In this document: positions 1 through 9,293 of the stretch, piece after piece
Position numbering within the stretch: the first letter of the stretch is position 1
Layout: the number at the start of each line of letters is the position of its first letter
NCBI GenBank assembly: GCA_002715265.1
Contig: PAYS01000017.1
Location: 66,775-130,774, forward strand
Direction of reading: 5' to 3'
From: Candidatus Pelagibacterales bacterium
GTDB lineage: Bacteria > Pseudomonadota > Alphaproteobacteria > TMED109
Length of the DNA stretch: 64,000 bases
Program-made: the position numbers and the translations under genes
The notes under the pieces: generated by a model
Seen by the model: only the letters and a program-made list of their open reading frames with translations
What the model was told of the DNA's origin: nothing
Database searches by the model: none

Positions 1-393
1 AAACCTTTTGAGGGAGCAAAAAATTTATTAGATAAACTATCATTAAATTTCCAGGTTATAATTTTATCAGATACATTTTATGAAATAGCTGGACCGTTAT
101 TTAATCAATTGGGCAATCCAAATGTTTTTTGTCATCATTTAGAAATTTCTAATTCTGGCACGGTAGAAGCCTATAGATTAAGGATTGAAGACCAAAAAAC
201 TAGGGCTGTAAAAGCCTTTAAAGAATTAGGCTTTTCTGTGGCAGCAGCAGGAGATTCTTACAATGATTTAGGCATGCTTATGGAAGCAGATATTTCAGTC
301 TTATTTAAGGCTCCAGAATTTTTAATTGATGAATATAAATCTTTTCATCATACAGATAATTATGATGTTTTGTATGATTTATTAAGCAATTAA
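1..393 (+). CDS. thrH: ThrH-type HAD hydrolase (phosphoserine phosphatase / homoserine phosphotransferase), 5' end cut by window edge
   Basis: Frame 1 is open from nt 1 (KPFEGAKNLLDKL...), so the listed 109..393 ORF is only the tail of a longer CDS. Segments VIILSDTFYE, CHHLEI and AAGDSYND..ML parallel Pseudomonas ThrH as I remember it, and the HAD motif IV. Confidence 0.8.
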   Translation, partial: KPFEGAKNLLDKLSLNFQVIILSDTFYEIAGPLFNQLGNPNVFCHHLEISNSGTVEAYRLRIEDQKTRAVKAFKELGFSVAAAGDSYNDLGMLMEADISVLFKAPEFLIDEYKSFHHTDNYDVLYDLLSN

Positions 394-402
394 ATTAGTA
401 AA

Positions 403-957
403 TTATATCTTTTTAAGCCAGTTTATTATTCTCTCGTCTCTCCAATTAATTATTCCTTCTACTCTCCAAAGTACTTTTTCAGATTTGTTTATAATGAAAG
501 TTGTAGGTATTCCACGCAATTTAAATATTTTAGATAATTTCATTTTGGGGTCTAAAAATACATTATTTTTATTTAGTTTAATTTTATCTACATAGTGTTG
601 AATTTTATCAATATCGTTAGATCTGTCTTGGTTAATATATATTATTTCGTAATCTGATTTTCTCAGAATATTAGATAGTTCGATTAAGTCAGGCATTTCT
701 TTTATGCAGGGGGCACACCATGTGGCCCAAAAATTAATTATGAGGTTTTTACTTTCATTTAATTTGCTAATTGTAACTTTTTGATTATATAAGTTTAATA
801 ATTTTAAATTAGGTATTGTATCTAACTGCTCTTCTTTTTTAATTTTATTGAAAGATTCTGTTATATTTTCAGCAATAACTATATTATCATATAATAGAAA
901 ATAAAATAAGGTAAAATAAAGGCGAAGCTTACATATTTTTTTTATAGAAATTATCAT
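403..957 (-). CDS. TlpA/ResA-family periplasmic thiol:disulfide oxidoreductase (thioredoxin fold, membrane anchored)
   Basis: N-terminal hydrophobic anchor and thioredoxin active site FWATWCAPCIKEMP (WCxxC). Divergent from argH, as tlpA-like genes often are in Alphaproteobacteria. Confidence 0.8.
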   Translation of the reverse strand: MIISIKKICKLRLYFTLFYFLLYDNIVIAENITESFNKIKKEEQLDTIPNLKLLNLYNQKVTISKLNESKNLIINFWATWCAPCIKEMPDLIELSNILRKSDYEIIYINQDRSNDIDKIQHYVDKIKLNKNNVFLDPKMKLSKIFKLRGIPTTFIINKSEKVLWRVEGIINWRDERIINWLKKI

Positions 958-1009
958 ATACTTTTCTTTCTTTTTCTGTATAGGTAATAATCTATTAATG
1001 GTGGATTAA

Positions 1010-2428
1010 ATGAATAAAGTAAAGTCTAATAAAAATAAAGCTTCACAAATATGGGGCGGAAGATTCGAAAAAGATTCTTCAAAACTGATGAAAGAAATTA
1101 ATTCTTCCATTAATTTTGATAAAAGGTTGGCTATGCATGATATTCAATTGAGTAGAGTGCATTCTAATATGCTTGCTCAAAATAAAATAATATTAAAATC
1201 TGAAAACAAAAAAATTCAAAAGGGCTTGAATATTATAGAAAAAGAAATTTTAGAAAATAAATTTAAATTTTCAGCTGATTTAGAAGACATTCATATGCAT
1301 ATTGAGGCTCGTTTAACTGATTTAATTGGTGATCCAGGAAAAAAACTTCATACAGCAAGATCCAGGAATGATCAGGTAGCTACAAGTTTTAAAATGTGGG
1401 TTAGAGATGAAATAGAAACCATTGATGATAAGATAAAAAATTTTCAAAAAGCTTTATTAAACCAAGCAGAAAAACATATTGAGACTATCATGCCTGGTTT
1501 TACGCATTTACAGGCTGCACAACCTGTAAGCTTAGCACATCATTTATTATCATATGTAGAGATGTTGGGTAGAGATAGGTTAAGGATATTAGATTCTAAA
1601 AAAAGATTATTAGAATGTCCACTAGGCTCAGCAGCTTTAGCTGGAACTTCCTATCCGATTGATAGGTTTAAGACAAGTAAAGATTTAGGTTTTAAAACTC
1701 CAATGCTGAATTCTATTGATGCTGTAAGTGATAGAGATTTTGTATTAGAATCATTATCCATTGCAACTTTAATCATGGTTCATATTTCAAGATTATCAGA
1801 AGAAATAATAATATGGGCTTCGTCAGGTTTTAATTTTGTAAAATTACCTGAAGCTTTTTCCACGGGTTCTTCTATTATGCCGCAAAAAAGAAATCCTGAT
1901 TCTGCTGAATTAATAAGAGGAAAAACAGGAAGAATAGCTAGTGCTTATCAAAATATTGTAACTATGCTAAAAGGGTTGCCTCTTTCATATTCAAAAGATA
2001 TGCAGGAAGATAAAGAAGCAGTATTTGATTCTTTTGATAATTTAAAAATTTGTTTGGATGTTGCTATTGGTTTAATTAAAGAAATTAACTTTAATACTAA
2101 AAATATGTATGAAATGGCAAAATTAGGATATCTAACAGCTACGGATTTAGCTGATTGGCTTGTAAAAGAAGCAGGAGTTCCATTTAGAGATGCTCACGCT
2201 ATTACAGGAAAAGTAGTTAAGTTAGCTGAAAGCAAAAACTTAGGGTTAAATGAGCTTAAATTAAATGATTTAAGAAGTATAAATGAAAATATATCTGAAG
2301 AGACCCTAAAAGTTTTATCATTAGAATATTCTTTAAAAAGTAGAGATAGTTTTGGTGGTACAGCACCTAAAATGGTAAAAAAAGCTATTAAAAAAGCAAA
2401 AATACAGTGGTTAAAAAATATTGTATAA
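1010..2428 (+). CDS. argH: argininosuccinate lyase
   Basis: 472 aa. Fumarate-lyase signature GSSIMPQKRNPD, N-terminal WGGRF and TARSRNDQV motifs. Confidence 0.95.
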   Translation: MNKVKSNKNKASQIWGGRFEKDSSKLMKEINSSINFDKRLAMHDIQLSRVHSNMLAQNKIILKSENKKIQKGLNIIEKEILENKFKFSADLEDIHMHIEARLTDLIGDPGKKLHTARSRNDQVATSFKMWVRDEIETIDDKIKNFQKALLNQAEKHIETIMPGFTHLQAAQPVSLAHHLLSYVEMLGRDRLRILDSKKRLLECPLGSAALAGTSYPIDRFKTSKDLGFKTPMLNSIDAVSDRDFVLESLSIATLIMVHISRLSEEIIIWASSGFNFVKLPEAFSTGSSIMPQKRNPDSAELIRGKTGRIASAYQNIVTMLKGLPLSYSKDMQEDKEAVFDSFDNLKICLDVAIGLIKEINFNTKNMYEMAKLGYLTATDLADWLVKEAGVPFRDAHAITGKVVKLAESKNLGLNELKLNDLRSINENISEETLKVLSLEYSLKSRDSFGGTAPKMVKKAIKKAKIQWLKNIV

Positions 2429-2549
2429 ATTTTTAAACATATTTATTATTGCGTTATTTTTATCAACTGCTTTGGTGAGTTGTGGAAAAAGAGCGGATTT
2501 AGAAAGACCACCAAAAGTAGATGGTTTAGAGCCTGCAAATATAGAATAG
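2421..2549 (+). CDS. small lipoprotein, LptM/YifL-like (42 aa, not in ORF track)
   Basis: TTG 2421 to TAG 2547-2549 gives MYKFLNIFIIALFLSTALVSCGKRADLERPPKVDGLEPANIE. It has a signal peptide, lipobox LVSC and a CG(K/R)xxxLExPP tail typical of the tiny lipoprotein found between argH and lysA/dapF. No ATG/GTG alternative keeps the signal peptide. Confidence 0.5.
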   Translation: MYKFLNIFIIALFLSTALVSCGKRADLERPPKVDGLEPANIE

Positions 2550-2575
2550 AACTAGACAAGCTTTTAGGTTTTGAG

Positions 2576-3850
2576 ATGAGTTTATTAAATTACAGAAATA
2601 ATATTTTATATTTTGAAGATGTGTCACTTAATGAGATAGCAGATAAAATAGTAACTCCAATGTATATTTATTCTCAATCTACGCTAGAAAATAATTTTAA
2701 TAAAATAAATGAAGCATTAAATAAAATTTTAGGAAAAGAACAAGAAAAATTAATAGCTTTTTCAGTCAAATCTAATTCTAATATTGCAATTATAAATAGA
2801 TTACATAATTTAGGTTCTGGAGCTGATGTGGTGTCAGTAGGAGAATTAAAAAGATCTTTAAATGCAGGTATTAAAGGAAATAAGATTGTTTTTTCTGGGG
2901 TAGGAAAAACCTCGGAAGAAATGCTTTTTGCTTTAGAAATGGATGTTGTGCAATTTAATATAGAGTCTATATCAGAGATTAATCAATTATCAGAAATTGC
3001 TAGTTCAAATAATAAGATTGCTCCAATAGCATTCAGAATTAATCCAGATATAGTAGCAGGTGGTCACGAAAAAATAGCTACTGGAGGAAGTAATACTAAA
3101 TTTGGTATTCCTTATAGTGAAGCTTTAAAAGCTTATGAGTATGCAAAATCATTACCTGGAATTAATATTGTTGGAATAGATATTCATATAGGTTCACAAA
3201 TAACCAATTTAGAACCATTTAGTTTAGCCTTTCAAAAAATACGTGACCTTTATGATAAATTAATCATCGGTGGACATAATATAATTAACATAGATTTGGG
3301 TGGAGGAATAGGTATAAAATATATAGATACAGATGAACCATTCTTATTAGAAGATTATGCCAATCTAGTAAATAAAAATTTTGGTGATTTGAAATGTAAG
3401 TTGATATTTGAGCCAGGTAGATGTATTGCAGCATCCGCTGGGATTTTGTTGACAAAAGTAATTAGAGATAAAAATAGTTATAATAATAATTTTCTGGTAG
3501 TAGATGCTGCGATGAATGATTTTATGAGACCTGCTTTATATGGAGCCAAACATAAAATACTTAGTGTTAATAAAGATAACAATTCTGATAAAAAAATTGA
3601 TTATCAGGTGGTTGGGCCTGTATGTGAAACTGGAGATGTAATGGGAGAAATAGTTTCTTCTAGAATTATGAATTCTGGAGATTATATTATTATAAAGGAT
3701 GTAGGAGCATACGGCGCAGTTATGTCTTCAAATTATAATAGTAGGCCGTCAGTTCCAGAAGTTTTGATAAAAGGTAGTAATTTTAATGTTATTAGAAAAA
3801 CAATTACAACAGATGAATTATTGGCTTTTGAGAGTATCCCAAGTGAGTGA
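2576..3850 (+). CDS. lysA: diaminopimelate decarboxylase
   Basis: PLP-lysine context AFSVKSNSN, plus GGGIG, EPGR and GPVCETGD motifs. Start moved to ATG 2576 (MSLLNYRNN) because the listed 5' extension overlaps the small lipoprotein gene and has no LysA-like sequence. Confidence 0.93.
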   Translation: MSLLNYRNNILYFEDVSLNEIADKIVTPMYIYSQSTLENNFNKINEALNKILGKEQEKLIAFSVKSNSNIAIINRLHNLGSGADVVSVGELKRSLNAGIKGNKIVFSGVGKTSEEMLFALEMDVVQFNIESISEINQLSEIASSNNKIAPIAFRINPDIVAGGHEKIATGGSNTKFGIPYSEALKAYEYAKSLPGINIVGIDIHIGSQITNLEPFSLAFQKIRDLYDKLIIGGHNIINIDLGGGIGIKYIDTDEPFLLEDYANLVNKNFGDLKCKLIFEPGRCIAASAGILLTKVIRDKNSYNNNFLVVDAAMNDFMRPALYGAKHKILSVNKDNNSDKKIDYQVVGPVCETGDVMGEIVSSRIMNSGDYIIIKDVGAYGAVMSSNYNSRPSVPEVLIKGSNFNVIRKTITTDELLAFESIPSE

Positions 3851-3861
3851 AAGGTAATTAT

Positions 3862-6309
3862 ATGAATAGTAAACAATCGTCTAAGTCTATTCCCGCAGGT
3901 CTAAGTGTAAGAATATTCTTAGCACAAATTTTAATATTATGGGAAAAATTAGCTAAAACTATTTTTTATACATTGTTTTTATTAATTTTGTTTCTGTGTT
4001 TAAGTCTTTTAAACTTTTTTTCTATGATTGCCTATACATTTCATATTTTAACTCTATGTACATTTGTTTTAGGGTTTATTTGTATATTGTTTTTTACACT
4101 AAAAAATTTTAAATGGCCTTCAAAGATTGATTCAGCTCGAAGAATAGAGATAGATAATAATGCGACACATAGGCCTATAAGTACGATATTTGACACACCT
4201 GGTATAAATAAAGATAGTAATTTATGGGATATTCATTACAGCAATATGTTAGAATATTCTACTTCTTTAAAAAAACTTAAGTTGAGATCAGTTTTTATGA
4301 AATTAGATCCATTGTGTCTTAGGCTGCCACTCTTAATATTATTTTCTTTTATTTATTTTTCTAATCAATCAGTTTGGGTAGATAGAGTGCATGCTGCTAT
4401 TTTGCCGCACGCAGATATATCCGATATAGGTGTACAAGGAACTTTTACTGGATGGCTTACTCCACCTGAGTATACAAAAAAACAACCTATCTTACTTATG
4501 GATAGTGATGAGGCTATTAGTAGTCCTTCAGGAAGCGTTTTATCAGCAAGAGTATTTGGAGGCGAGGGCAACATAACGTTGCATATGGATGATAAAATAG
4601 AAGATTTTATTAAAATTGATGATGAAAATGCATCTATAGAAAGTATTATTGATAAAGATACTGATATATCAGTTTTTCAAAATAATAATGTATTGTTTAA
4701 TAAATATATAAAATCTATTCCTGATAAAATTCCTACTGTGGAATTTATTGAAAATCCCAAATCTACAATAAAAGGAATATTAGATATTAATTATGTTTTT
4801 GGGGATGACTATTCTGTTATTAAGTTATTTGCGGAAATATCGTTAAAAAATAAGCTAGAAATTAAAACTCAGGATCAGATAAAATTTAATATTCCATTTG
4901 AAAACAGTGATGAAATACAGACATTTGGTAGGTACTATCATGATTTGACTGAACATATTTGGGCAGGATTGCCAGTGAATATTGTTTTAAATGTTGAGGA
5001 TTTTGTTGGGCAAAAAGGTAAAAGTGATGTAGTAGAAATTTTATTACCTGAAAAGCAATTTAATAATCTTATTGCACTTTCAGTTATTAACCAAAGAAAA
5101 AGTTTAGCATGGGGAAAAGACACTCCTCATAATGTAGGGCAAATTTTGGAAGAAATTTCAGAATCTCCTGAATTTGAAAATAAATTAAATATTGCCAAGG
5201 AATGGCTCTTAGAAGCTGCGAATATTTTAAACAAAGATAAAAATGCTAAAACATTAAATTCAAATAATTATAATTTTGTTATTGATTTGCTATGGAAAAC
5301 AGCTTTATTTATTGAATCTGGCCAGTTAGCTGTAGCAGAAAATGAATTAAGAAGAGCGCAAGAAGATTTAAGAGAAGCTTTATCTCAAGGAAATGAAGGA
5401 ACTGAAATTGATGATATGGTTTCTAACTTAGATACTGCGCTAAAAAAATATTTAGAGGAATTAGAAAATCCAATGGATATTGATGCTCCACAATTATCAG
5501 AGTCAGATAATCCAGGAGATCGTGGTGGAGAAAATGGGGCTCAGGCAAATGATAAAGAAAACTTAGAGGAAAAATTAGAAGAAATTGCTGATTTAGCTGC
5601 CTCTGGTTCTTTAGACGAGGCTCAAGAACAGTTAGAAAATATGCAAGATATGACGGAAGCTATGGATAGAGATGCTTTAGGGGAAGCTTTAGGAGAGCAA
5701 GAAGGAGCTGAAACTCCTATGGCAATGCAGCAAATTTCTGAAATGATGCAAGAACAAGAAGCTCTTATGGAAGATTCATTTGAACAATCACTTAATTCTG
5801 CGCAAGCAGATCAAAAGACACCTGGTTCAGGACCTGTAAATGCTGGAAAAGAACAAGAAATGCTTAGAAAACAATTAGAAGATGTTATGCACGAAATTAG
5901 TGAATCTGATAATCCAATGCCTGAAGAATTAGGAAGAGCTGAAAGAGCAATGAAGCAAGCTGAAAGAGAGTTACAAAGAGGAAGGCCAGATAGAGCTCAA
6001 ACAGCTCAAGGTAGGGCTATAGAAGAACTAAAAAAAGCGGCAGAAAAAATTGATAAAATGCATTCAGGAGATGGACCAAGTCAAATGGCAGGAGATAGTG
6101 GAAATAATAATAGTAGAGATCAAAGAGATCCTCTAGGAAGAGTTCCTCCTGGTCAAGGGACTTCTCCTGGTGGAGACATAGGATTGCCAAGTCAACAAAA
6201 TGTGACTAAAGCCAAAGAAATTGTTAAAGAGTTATATAAAAAAGCTGAATCTTCTCAAGAAGGATCAGTCGAAAGAAAGTATGTTGATAGTTTGTTAGAC
6301 TGGTATTAA
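3862..6309 (+). CDS. TIGR02302 (aProt_lowcomp) / DUF4175-type membrane protein with long acidic Gln/Glu/Gly-rich C-terminal region
   Basis: About 815 aa. It has 2-3 N-terminal TM helices, then a large soluble region ending in low-complexity acidic sequence (EALGEQEGAETPMAMQQISEMMQEQEALMED...). This architecture and its position directly after lysA match the alphaproteobacteria-specific family as I recall it. ATG 3862 is preferred (AAAGG 7 nt upstream) over GTG 3847. Confidence 0.8.
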   Translation: MNSKQSSKSIPAGLSVRIFLAQILILWEKLAKTIFYTLFLLILFLCLSLLNFFSMIAYTFHILTLCTFVLGFICILFFTLKNFKWPSKIDSARRIEIDNNATHRPISTIFDTPGINKDSNLWDIHYSNMLEYSTSLKKLKLRSVFMKLDPLCLRLPLLILFSFIYFSNQSVWVDRVHAAILPHADISDIGVQGTFTGWLTPPEYTKKQPILLMDSDEAISSPSGSVLSARVFGGEGNITLHMDDKIEDFIKIDDENASIESIIDKDTDISVFQNNNVLFNKYIKSIPDKIPTVEFIENPKSTIKGILDINYVFGDDYSVIKLFAEISLKNKLEIKTQDQIKFNIPFENSDEIQTFGRYYHDLTEHIWAGLPVNIVLNVEDFVGQKGKSDVVEILLPEKQFNNLIALSVINQRKSLAWGKDTPHNVGQILEEISESPEFENKLNIAKEWLLEAANILNKDKNAKTLNSNNYNFVIDLLWKTALFIESGQLAVAENELRRAQEDLREALSQGNEGTEIDDMVSNLDTALKKYLEELENPMDIDAPQLSESDNPGDRGGENGAQANDKENLEEKLEEIADLAASGSLDEAQEQLENMQDMTEAMDRDALGEALGEQEGAETPMAMQQISEMMQEQEALMEDSFEQSLNSAQADQKTPGSGPVNAGKEQEMLRKQLEDVMHEISESDNPMPEELGRAERAMKQAERELQRGRPDRAQTAQGRAIEELKKAAEKIDKMHSGDGPSQMAGDSGNNNSRDQRDPLGRVPPGQGTSPGGDIGLPSQQNVTKAKEIVKELYKKAESSQEGSVERKYVDSLLDWY

Positions 6310-6627
6310 TTATCTGCTAAAGTTTCTACCAAATAAATTTCCTCCCTCAATTGGAACACCTAAATCTATAAGTATATTTATTAAAATTTGTGGAATAGGA
6401 ATTTTGTTCCCGTAAACTATAATAAGGCCAATATAAATAATTATGGAGGTTAGTAAAATAGTAATTATCCAAAAAAGCCATAAGCCTGAAAGTGAAGAAA
6501 TTTCATCATCTCTATTTGTTTTCCATATTTCACCGCATTGAGAACATTTAACTTTCTTTCCTTCAGATGGAATTAAGTTATTATCTACTTTAAACTTAGT
6601 CTTACAATTAGGGCATTGTATTATCAA
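6310..6627 (-). CDS. MJ0042-type zinc-ribbon protein with C-terminal TM segment
   Basis: N-terminus MIIQCPNCKTKFKVDNNLIPSEGKKVKCSQCGEIW (two CxxC pairs, classic MJ0042 finger), followed by one long hydrophobic helix. Confidence 0.7.
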   Translation of the reverse strand: MIIQCPNCKTKFKVDNNLIPSEGKKVKCSQCGEIWKTNRDDEISSLSGLWLFWIITILLTSIIIYIGLIIVYGNKIPIPQILINILIDLGVPIEGGNLFGRNFSR

Positions 6628-6707
6628 ATTTAAAATTCCTGTTTTGGTTATATTATCTTTTTAGTTAGAGTATAATATTACTTATTAATATAAAAACATA
6701 TATATTT

Positions 6708-7292
6708 TTGGAAAATAAATTGCTTAAAGAAAAATTTATAATTATTTTTTTAATTATATTATTATTATATTTATTATCATTTTGTATATTTCTTGATGAC
6801 ATTAATTATACTTATGATGACCCAAAAAATTTAGATGCAGTAGTAATTTTAACGGGTTCTAAAGGTAGGCTTGGTTTAGGTCTAGGATATATGGAAAATA
6901 ATCCCAAACTCAAGATATTAATCAGTGGAGTAGGAGAAGGAGTTAAATTTTCAGACCTGCCGATTGATCAAAGTTTTAATAAAAATAATATTACACTTGG
7001 ATTTGAAGCAAAAAATACTATTCAAAATGCATTAGAAACTTCAAATTGGATTTCAGAGAACAATATTAAAAGCTTTTTATTGGTTACAGATAATTGGCAT
7101 ATGAAAAGGTCATTATTATTATTTAGAGGTGTTATAAATAATGTTGAAATTTTTCCAAAAAAGCTAGCTTCAATAAAATTAAATTTTACTTATTTAGTTA
7201 GGGAGCCTAGAGCATTTTATACCTTAATAGTTGAACATTTAAAATACATAATTTCTCATGCGCAGATAATTTACTATTGGATATTAAATTGA
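6708..7292 (+). CDS. DUF218 (YdcF/ElyC/SanA-like) membrane-anchored protein
   Basis: N-terminal TM, then AVVILTGSKGR and LLVTDNWHMKRS motifs typical of DUF218. TTG start; the next in-frame ATG is 61 codons downstream. Confidence 0.7.
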   Translation: MENKLLKEKFIIIFLIILLLYLLSFCIFLDDINYTYDDPKNLDAVVILTGSKGRLGLGLGYMENNPKLKILISGVGEGVKFSDLPIDQSFNKNNITLGFEAKNTIQNALETSNWISENNIKSFLLVTDNWHMKRSLLLFRGVINNVEIFPKKLASIKLNFTYLVREPRAFYTLIVEHLKYIISHAQIIYYWILN

Positions 7293-7963
7293 TAATAAGG
7301 TCCTTGATTTTTAATATATTATTTTTTCTTATAAGTTCCATCATGGCATTATTTTTGTTTCCTTTTTTAATTAGTAGAAGGTCAACATTGATTATTGCTT
7401 ATTGCTGGGCAAAAATTGTTTTATTTTTGTTAAAAAATGTTTGTGGCGTTTTAATAAAAATTAGTGATCAAAATCAAATTAATAAAAATGGTGTAATATT
7501 TGCTGTACGTCACGAGTCAATGTTAGATACTATATTATTTTTAGCATATAATCTTGATATTAAATACATTGTTAAGAAAGAATTATTATATGTTCCGTTT
7601 TATGGACTTTTTGTGTGGAGAAGTGGGCATATTATTATTAATAGAAAGGGTAAATCTAAAACTTTATTAAAAATGGTAAACAAAGTCAGAGAATATGCTA
7701 ATTCAGGTAAAAATATAATTATATTTCCTCACGGGACTAGAATAGGAGTTGGACAAAATATTAGAGTTCAATCAGGAATATTTGCATTTTACAAATATCT
7801 GGATAAACCTATAATTCCCATACATATTAGTACAGGGCATGTTTGGAAGAAAAATGGTTTTATTAAACAGCCTGGTATTGTAGAGGTTAAATTTTTAGAA
7901 AAAATAAATAAAGGTTTGAATAAAAGCGAATTTTTATCAATTATTAATAATAGGTTAAATTGA
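7277..7963 (+). CDS. plsC: 1-acyl-sn-glycerol-3-phosphate acyltransferase
   Basis: Acyltransferase motifs H-x4-D (HESMLD) and FPHGTR, with an N-terminal TM helix. TTG start overlaps the upstream gene by 16 nt. Confidence 0.85.
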   Translation: MDIKLIIRSLIFNILFFLISSIMALFLFPFLISRRSTLIIAYCWAKIVLFLLKNVCGVLIKISDQNQINKNGVIFAVRHESMLDTILFLAYNLDIKYIVKKELLYVPFYGLFVWRSGHIIINRKGKSKTLLKMVNKVREYANSGKNIIIFPHGTRIGVGQNIRVQSGIFAFYKYLDKPIIPIHISTGHVWKKNGFIKQPGIVEVKFLEKINKGLNKSEFLSIINNRLN

Positions 7964-8031
7964 TTTTTAATTTTGTAATAATCCAAAAATATATAATGTT
8001 AAGTATATTTATATTACTTTAAGAGGAATTC

Positions 8032-9279
8032 ATGAAAATATTTAGTAAATCAATAATTTTTCCATTTTTAGTGATATTTATATCTGCATTATTTTATGTG
8101 TTATTTGTAAATACTAAACCAGTGGCACATTCAAAAAAGAATATTACAGAATTTCCTGTGGTTGAGATAGAAAAGTTAGAATCTGATTATTTTTCTTCGA
8201 ATATTAATTCTTTTGGAGAGGTTATTAGTGAAAAAGTGATTGATATAAAATTTCCTACAAATGGAAAAATATATGAAGTGGGTATGGTCGGAGACGGTTC
8301 ATTTATTAAAAAGGGAGATTTAATATTCAGTATAGATCCATTTGAGATAGAGAATAATATTGAGCAAAATAAAGCGGAAAGAAAAATTATAAGCTATAAT
8401 ATTGAAAAATTATCAAAACAGATAGTAAGTAAAAAGTTATATAAAAATCAGATTGCTAACCAAAAAAATATATTAAGTAAGCAATTAGAAAATAAATTGA
8501 ATATTGAGGGTAGTTCAATTTCTAAAAACTCTCTTGATGACTTGCGTATTTCTATAAGTCGTTTAGAGGAAAGTTTAATAAATACAAGTGAACTAATTGA
8601 TGTGCTAAGTTTTAATTTAAAGACAAATGAAATACAGCTTAATAAAATTAATATCATTATTGAAAGATATGAAAATGATTTATTTAACTCAAAGGTTATT
8701 GCGCCATTTTCAGGCTATATTGAAAATTTTAAAATTTATGAGGGACAAGAAATATTTAGTAATGAATTATTAGGAGTACTTAAAGATACTGAAAATTTAG
8801 AAGTAAAGTTTTTCATTGGAGGAGAAGATTACAATAATTTGTTAAAATTTAAAGATAGAGGTATTGGCTCGTTAGTTCAAATTAAATGGTCAGTAGGAAA
8901 AACAGTTTACTCTTCAGAAGGAGTTATAAAAAGAATTGATGGAGAATTGAATAGTAATACTGCGGGCATATATTTATATGCCGAGTTAACAGAAAATTTA
9001 AATAGCATTCCTATAGGAGCATTTGTAGAAATTAATATGCAAAGAAAGATAAATTATAAATCTATAAAAATTCCTTATTCAGCCGTTTTTAATAATAAAT
9101 ATATTTATATTATGAATGGTAATACTTTGAAAAAAACCAAAATAAAAATTATTGGTGAAGAAAAAAATGGTCTATTAATAAAAGACGAAGAATTAGCCGG
9201 TAAATCTCTAGTTATTACTAGGTTGAGTGATATGCAGGATAATATGCAAGTTAAACCTATACTTAGTTCTAAAAAATAA
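8032..9279 (+). CDS. efflux RND transporter periplasmic adaptor (HlyD/MFP family)
   Basis: N-terminal TM, long coiled-coil middle, lipoyl/beta-barrel segment VIAPFSGYIENFKIYEGQ. Lies immediately upstream of an RND permease. RBS AAGAGGA before the ATG. Confidence 0.75.
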   Translation: MKIFSKSIIFPFLVIFISALFYVLFVNTKPVAHSKKNITEFPVVEIEKLESDYFSSNINSFGEVISEKVIDIKFPTNGKIYEVGMVGDGSFIKKGDLIFSIDPFEIENNIEQNKAERKIISYNIEKLSKQIVSKKLYKNQIANQKNILSKQLENKLNIEGSSISKNSLDDLRISISRLEESLINTSELIDVLSFNLKTNEIQLNKINIIIERYENDLFNSKVIAPFSGYIENFKIYEGQEIFSNELLGVLKDTENLEVKFFIGGEDYNNLLKFKDRGIGSLVQIKWSVGKTVYSSEGVIKRIDGELNSNTAGIYLYAELTENLNSIPIGAFVEINMQRKINYKSIKIPYSAVFNNKYIYIMNGNTLKKTKIKIIGEEKNGLLIKDEELAGKSLVITRLSDMQDNMQVKPILSSKK

Positions 9280-9293
9280 ATTTAGGTAATTTA

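Noticed and set aside
5400-6300. Locally higher G+C within the 3' third of the TIGR02302-type gene, considered as possible foreign DNA or an insertion.
   Set aside because: It is explained by amino-acid composition (a Glu/Gln/Ala/Gly-rich low-complexity tail typical of the family). The reading frame is continuous and no boundaries or repeats flank it.
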